The notes beneath the pieces are model-generated. The model was given only the letters and a program-made list of their open reading frames with translations. It ran no database searches and was not told where the DNA came from. From Bdellovibrionota bacterium (GTDB taxonomy: Bacteria > Bdellovibrionota_C > UBA2361 > OMII01), in the NCBI GenBank assembly GCA_044345405.1, contig JBIJBE010000067.1:1-10364 (forward strand): 10,364 bases of DNA, in the 5' to 3' direction. The translations under genes were made by a program, and so were the position numbers. Every line of letters starts with the position of its first letter. Positions within the stretch are counted from its first letter, which is position 1. Shown one piece after another: positions 6,146 to 10,364 of this stretch.

Positions 6146-9100
6146 ATGTTGACGCCGAAGCAACATCCCAAACATAAGCCGGCAGGGCCTGAATCAAACG
6201 TTACCCCCGACGCCACAGCCTCTTCCTACACACAGATGCGAGAAGCATCTCTTACGGTTCCCAAGCCATTTCCTCATAACCTTGTAGATGCCAGATCCCA
6301 CTTCTCGCCTCCTCGCTCGTCACTGATAGAGCGAGGAATCACCGCCGCGTGCCGAGAGTATCCGTCGGCTCTGCTTCACCTCATACGCTTCCTTCCGGTA
6401 TCTTTCACAACGAAATCACGAGTGGCAGAGTCTGTTCTGAGGGAACTTTCCTTTGAGGTTGCGATTGAGATACTGCCGAGACTTCGGTTCCCACGCTACG
6501 TCGAGAACGAACTCACCCAGACTTTCGCCGAAAAGGCTATTCAACGGTTTTCTTCGGCCGAATCATTCTGGAAGGCCGTAACCTTCAGACAGAAAACCGC
6601 ACTTCCACCCGACGAACGATTAGCACTGGCTTTGCGGTGCCTTAGGGTAGACCCGGTCAAAACGCTTGGGGTTGTCTCGACATTCGACCTGACAACTCCA
6701 AACCTCCAAGTACCATTTGCCCGCAGTGTGCTTTATTGCTCTGACGTAGCGGCGGTGTGCACGTTGCCGTGGCTGTCGTCACTTGGAACCTCCGATCCAG
6801 CAGGCGCGATGGAACTCGCTACTCTCTGCCTCTCGCACGACCCTTTTCATACGGCGAAGCATCTCGACAGGTTCGGGCTTCCGCTCTCTCCGCTCATTGA
6901 TAAGCTCCTGGATGAAGTCGGGGCGCGATATCGGTGGAAGATTCTCGCCACAGTGTGCGATCTACCAACACTGCCGGAGAACCTTCGAACGGCTCTGGCT
7001 GAGAGTTCTTCTGCCCACTATCCACACGAAACGCTCCGGCGCTTGAATATCTTCAAATTGCCTGAGGGCGACACCGTTATTAATCTTCTTAAGCACGGTC
7101 TCTCCCTAAATCCACGTGCTGTGGCGAGTTACGTTCAGAAACATGCCTCGCCTTTTTTTCGAGAGGTGGCTGAACATATTCTATGGCTTTATGTATCGGA
7201 CATGCCCTGGGAAGCGGCAGACGTCGCCATTCGGGTCGGGATCAATGACCAAAAACTCCTCTGGGTAATAGCCCAAGAAACATTCTCTCGCGATGCCTCT
7301 CGCTCTCTGCGCTTTATTCGAGAGAGCAAAATGTTCTCCCAGGAAACATTATGCGAAGCGGCGCTACAACTATCCGCGATTGATCCTATCTCCGTTTCTC
7401 GCAGCATCGCGCGATTCGGAAACCTTCCGGCTACAACTATAAAAACTATAGCCCTACGCGTCGCGCCCGCCGACCCCGAACGCGCGCTCACGTATCTCTC
7501 AACCTCACATTTTTCAAGCGAGGAGAGCCGTCGAGAGCTTCTTATCTCCATCGCGACATCTCATCGAGGGGCGGCTCTAGCCGCCGAGAATCTCTACAAC
7601 TGCCATTTCTCACGCCCGCACGACAAATTTGAGGTACTCACACGATGCATCGCAATGAATGCGGAATCTACCATCAAATGTCTTAGCCCTGCGTCTCTCT
7701 CGGAACGTATGCACGCAGAGCTCGTCGCACACGTGACAAAGGGAAACGAAAAAGAAGCGAAGCAACTTCTGCATAAAGTCGGCGTTTACTCCTCAAAGGC
7801 GCTTGAGGGGCTTTTCGGGCCCGATTTTATAGCCTCATTTGCTCCGGCTCCACACTCAGAATCGGCCACTCTCGCCCGCAAGGCCGTCGCGTCTACCCCA
7901 GCTAAAGTGGCGGCAAATATCCACAAGTTTAGCCTACCGCACGAGCGTGACCGCGTTGAGATAGCTGTCGCGTGTGCAAAGCGAGCCCCACGAGCTCTCA
8001 CAGACAACTTTTTAGCCTTCGGTATTTATTCTGAGAGCGGACGAAAAGACGTCGCCGCGGCGCTACTTCGAACCTCAGCGGAGTCGGTTCGAGAGGCCAT
8101 CAAGACCTGCGGAGTCACCTCAGATGCCGACATTCAAGACCTCGTAGCTCCCCTGGTTAACGCACGACCCAGAATGCTTGGGGCTTTGAAGAGCCTCACC
8201 CAAAAGCCCTGGTCGATACAGTTCTTCACGAGGCTCTTCTCTCAGGCGATTACTGAAGAAAGGTGGTCTCACGCGTTCGACGTCGGTACGATGGCGGCAC
8301 AAAGCGCCCTGGGGCGCGAACCTCGGCAAGCTGAGAGCCTCAAATCATTCGACGTTCTGCTTGCTGAGATGAAGAAGCTTCCTAACCTATCTGAGCAGAC
8401 CGCGTATCAGATCTCACTTTTGGAACGAGTGCGGCGAGCCGGCACTATTCCTGAGCGCGCTGTGTTACGTGCCTTCACCATCTTCGACGACAGTAGCGAT
8501 GCCTTTGTCGTTGAGGTTCTTCAGCAAGGTGGCCCATCGTCCGGGGCGAATATCGTCGAGGAGATGACCCGAGCCTATAGCAGAAAGAAAACGATCCCAG
8601 AATCGGACCGAGCGATCATAAGAGAGTTTATCTCCAGCGGGTTTCGAGGGTTCTCTCGAACCACTCTTACTGCGGCGATGAAGGCTTTCGGCAAATCGCC
8701 TGACGAAGGCCGACGACTTCTCGCGTCCTGGAAGGCGATCTCCTCGGCCATTCTTCAAGGCAAGCCCCTCGATAGAGAGCTTGAAGAGTCTCCACTTTTC
8801 CCAAACCTCATTTACGCGGCGTACCGACCAGTCGACCTTCGAGTAGCTAGCGTGGCAGCGCAGCTTCCCTACATCCCCGATAACTCTCACCATCTGACGC
8901 CTTGGAAATATCCCGCCAACGGCTACCCGATACACCTCGTTGAACTCGAGGAGATACGCCTGAAGCAGGACGAAACAATAGATCTCAACTCTCTACGGTC
9001 GGCGGCGACTCCGATTCTGTCTCTTTCATCAGCGCAGAGCACCTGCTCTCACGATGAGTTTGTGCAGATCCTTGTCAAAGCGTCTCAGCGTGGGATCGAT

Positions 9101-10009
9101 AGCATTAACAAAGCTAAACTCGTTAAATTCCTCGCTACCCACTCTCGCGATATTCGTGCCGAAGGAACCAATCGAGAGCTTTCCAGCTTGCTCGTTGACA
9201 ACGTCTCGCCTCAGCATGCGGCTCAAGCAATCGACAGGATGAGATCCTTCTTCAACGTGGTCTATGGGGATATGCTCGATCTAGCCCTCAGGGCCTACTT
9301 TGATGGTGGCCGCCTCGAGCTACGAGACCAATTCAAGGCTCGGATAAGGAACATCCTTAAACTACCCGCTGAAGCAGAGATTACGCTCGATCAGATTCGT
9401 GAAACCGTGAGAGGAGAGCTCGATAAGGTGTGGCGGCATGAGCGAACACTCCTCAACCGAGAAAGCCGGAAGTTCACACATCAGATCGGGACGATGCATG
9501 CCGAATACCGGATGTATCTCAGCAAAGCCCGCTCGGCGTTCTTTGGACGCGCAGGGGCGGGCCTGTGCACTCACGACGACTTGTGGAGCTGGAACGAGGC
9601 AAGCTTCCTTCAAATGATCATGGTCGACGAGCGTAAGGGGAGCGTTGTTGGCAACATTCAGCTCCATATCTTTGACGCTCCGGATGGCAAGAGGTCGGTC
9701 CTCGCTCGAATCAATCCGACCGAGAAGTTCCTCTTAACTGTTAGCCCAAAGACCCTTGCGACCGAAATGCTCGGGAGTGTTGAAACGTTCGCCAGAGAGA
9801 ACAACCTGGAAACCTACCTTCCTGGGGCCCACTGTCACCTTCACCTTCTCACCAATCGCGAGTCCTTCGCGCCCCTTCTCAAAGCCAGATACGGGGAGCG
9901 TTTTATGCACGACGTTAAGGTATCGGGTTGGTTAGAGGTGAATGAGATATATCGGCTCATGCCGCCAGTTCTCGAGGGAAACACCTCCTCCCCTCAATCA
10001 AGCCATTAA
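6146..10009 (+). CDS. Large hypothetical protein (1287 aa) with degenerate ~30-aa alpha-helical repeats and a C-terminal alpha/beta domain
   Basis: Uninterrupted 3.86-kb ORF. A 30-aa periodicity is visible over about residues 150-680. No named family was recognised. The start codon is uncertain, with GAGGA at 6131-6135 upstream of ATG 6146. Confidence 0.85.
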   Translation: MLTPKQHPKHKPAGPESNVTPDATASSYTQMREASLTVPKPFPHNLVDARSHFSPPRSSLIERGITAACREYPSALLHLIRFLPVSFTTKSRVAESVLRELSFEVAIEILPRLRFPRYVENELTQTFAEKAIQRFSSAESFWKAVTFRQKTALPPDERLALALRCLRVDPVKTLGVVSTFDLTTPNLQVPFARSVLYCSDVAAVCTLPWLSSLGTSDPAGAMELATLCLSHDPFHTAKHLDRFGLPLSPLIDKLLDEVGARYRWKILATVCDLPTLPENLRTALAESSSAHYPHETLRRLNIFKLPEGDTVINLLKHGLSLNPRAVASYVQKHASPFFREVAEHILWLYVSDMPWEAADVAIRVGINDQKLLWVIAQETFSRDASRSLRFIRESKMFSQETLCEAALQLSAIDPISVSRSIARFGNLPATTIKTIALRVAPADPERALTYLSTSHFSSEESRRELLISIATSHRGAALAAENLYNCHFSRPHDKFEVLTRCIAMNAESTIKCLSPASLSERMHAELVAHVTKGNEKEAKQLLHKVGVYSSKALEGLFGPDFIASFAPAPHSESATLARKAVASTPAKVAANIHKFSLPHERDRVEIAVACAKRAPRALTDNFLAFGIYSESGRKDVAAALLRTSAESVREAIKTCGVTSDADIQDLVAPLVNARPRMLGALKSLTQKPWSIQFFTRLFSQAITEERWSHAFDVGTMAAQSALGREPRQAESLKSFDVLLAEMKKLPNLSEQTAYQISLLERVRRAGTIPERAVLRAFTIFDDSSDAFVVEVLQQGGPSSGANIVEEMTRAYSRKKTIPESDRAIIREFISSGFRGFSRTTLTAAMKAFGKSPDEGRRLLASWKAISSAILQGKPLDRELEESPLFPNLIYAAYRPVDLRVASVAAQLPYIPDNSHHLTPWKYPANGYPIHLVELEEIRLKQDETIDLNSLRSAATPILSLSSAQSTCSHDEFVQILVKASQRGIDSINKAKLVKFLATHSRDIRAEGTNRELSSLLVDNVSPQHAAQAIDRMRSFFNVVYGDMLDLALRAYFDGGRLELRDQFKARIRNILKLPAEAEITLDQIRETVRGELDKVWRHERTLLNRESRKFTHQIGTMHAEYRMYLSKARSAFFGRAGAGLCTHDDLWSWNEASFLQMIMVDERKGSVVGNIQLHIFDAPDGKRSVLARINPTEKFLLTVSPKTLATEMLGSVETFARENNLETYLPGAHCHLHLLTNRESFAPLLKARYGERFMHDVKVSGWLEVNEIYRLMPPVLEGNTSSPQSSH

Positions 10010-10242
10010 GAACGCCGCTATCCGCTTGGTATATTGATTCCGCCTCGGTACGCGAGAATACTCGACCTCCTACCATCACTTACGAAGATCCCGTTAAAGC
10101 CGTCGCCAAGAAATGATCATTGCTCTGCTGAAGTGCACGTCCCGCGCTATCAACTCCATCTTCGCTGTCCCTCAGCGCACACCAGCATGCGCTCTACCTT
10201 AATGTCAGCGGGCCCCACCTAAACGAAGGCCTTCGGGGCACT

Positions 10243-10364
10243 TGATCTGCTCCCCCCAAATAGTACCAGAATGATGTAGAGTTTCCTCTAATCAGGAGGA
10301 ACGAATGAAGAAGAGATACACTGAGGAGCAGATCGTAAAGATCCTCAAAGAGGTGGAAGCGACA
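10243..10364 (+). mobile_element. Left end of an IS3-family insertion sequence (truncated by the window edge)
   Basis: A 5'-TG terminal sequence TGATCTGCTCCCCCCAAATAGTACCA typical of IS3-family left inverted repeats, followed by an RBS and an OrfA start. Confidence 0.8.
10305..10364 (+). CDS. IS3-family transposase OrfA, N-terminal 20 aa (partial)
   Basis: AGGAGGA RBS at 10294-10300. The translation MKKRYTEEQIVKILKEVEAT matches the IS3/IS407-group OrfA N-terminus (MKK.RF/YTEEQI..ILKE.E). Confidence 0.85.
   Translation, partial: MKKRYTEEQIVKILKEVEAT

Noticed and set aside
6783-9667. Short alternative-frame and antisense ORFs inside the 1287-aa gene (similar ones lie inside IS4, the 304-aa gene and the 280-aa ORF)
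   Set aside because: They are shadow ORFs nested in longer, better-supported genes, with no independent evidence.
10034-10222. 62-aa ORF between the large gene and IS3
   Set aside because: Non-ATG start, no clear RBS and no recognisable motif, so it is probably intergenic.

Overview
This is an accessory, mobile-element-rich bacterial window. From left to right it holds an orphan 3' fragment of threonyl-tRNA synthetase (thrS), two divergent hypothetical genes, and a RAYT/TnpA(REP)-like HUH Y1 tyrosine transposase gene (2591-3589, -). That gene is bracketed by two short tandem-repeat arrays that share a core motif (AAAGTAnnnTGTACCAGkGAG) and lie in inverted orientation to each other (2345-2406 and 3628-5207). 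A complete IS4-family element (3669-5082, 18-bp perfect inverted repeats, 10-bp target duplication) has inserted inside one unit of the right-hand array. The same array appears to cut off a secreted-protein gene (5897 to about 5208, -). The rest of the window is a 1287-aa hypothetical protein with 30-aa helical repeats and the left end of an IS3-family element. The main candidate novel system is the HUH transposase with its non-classical inverted repeat arrays. All family calls come from motif recognition by eye; no database search was run.
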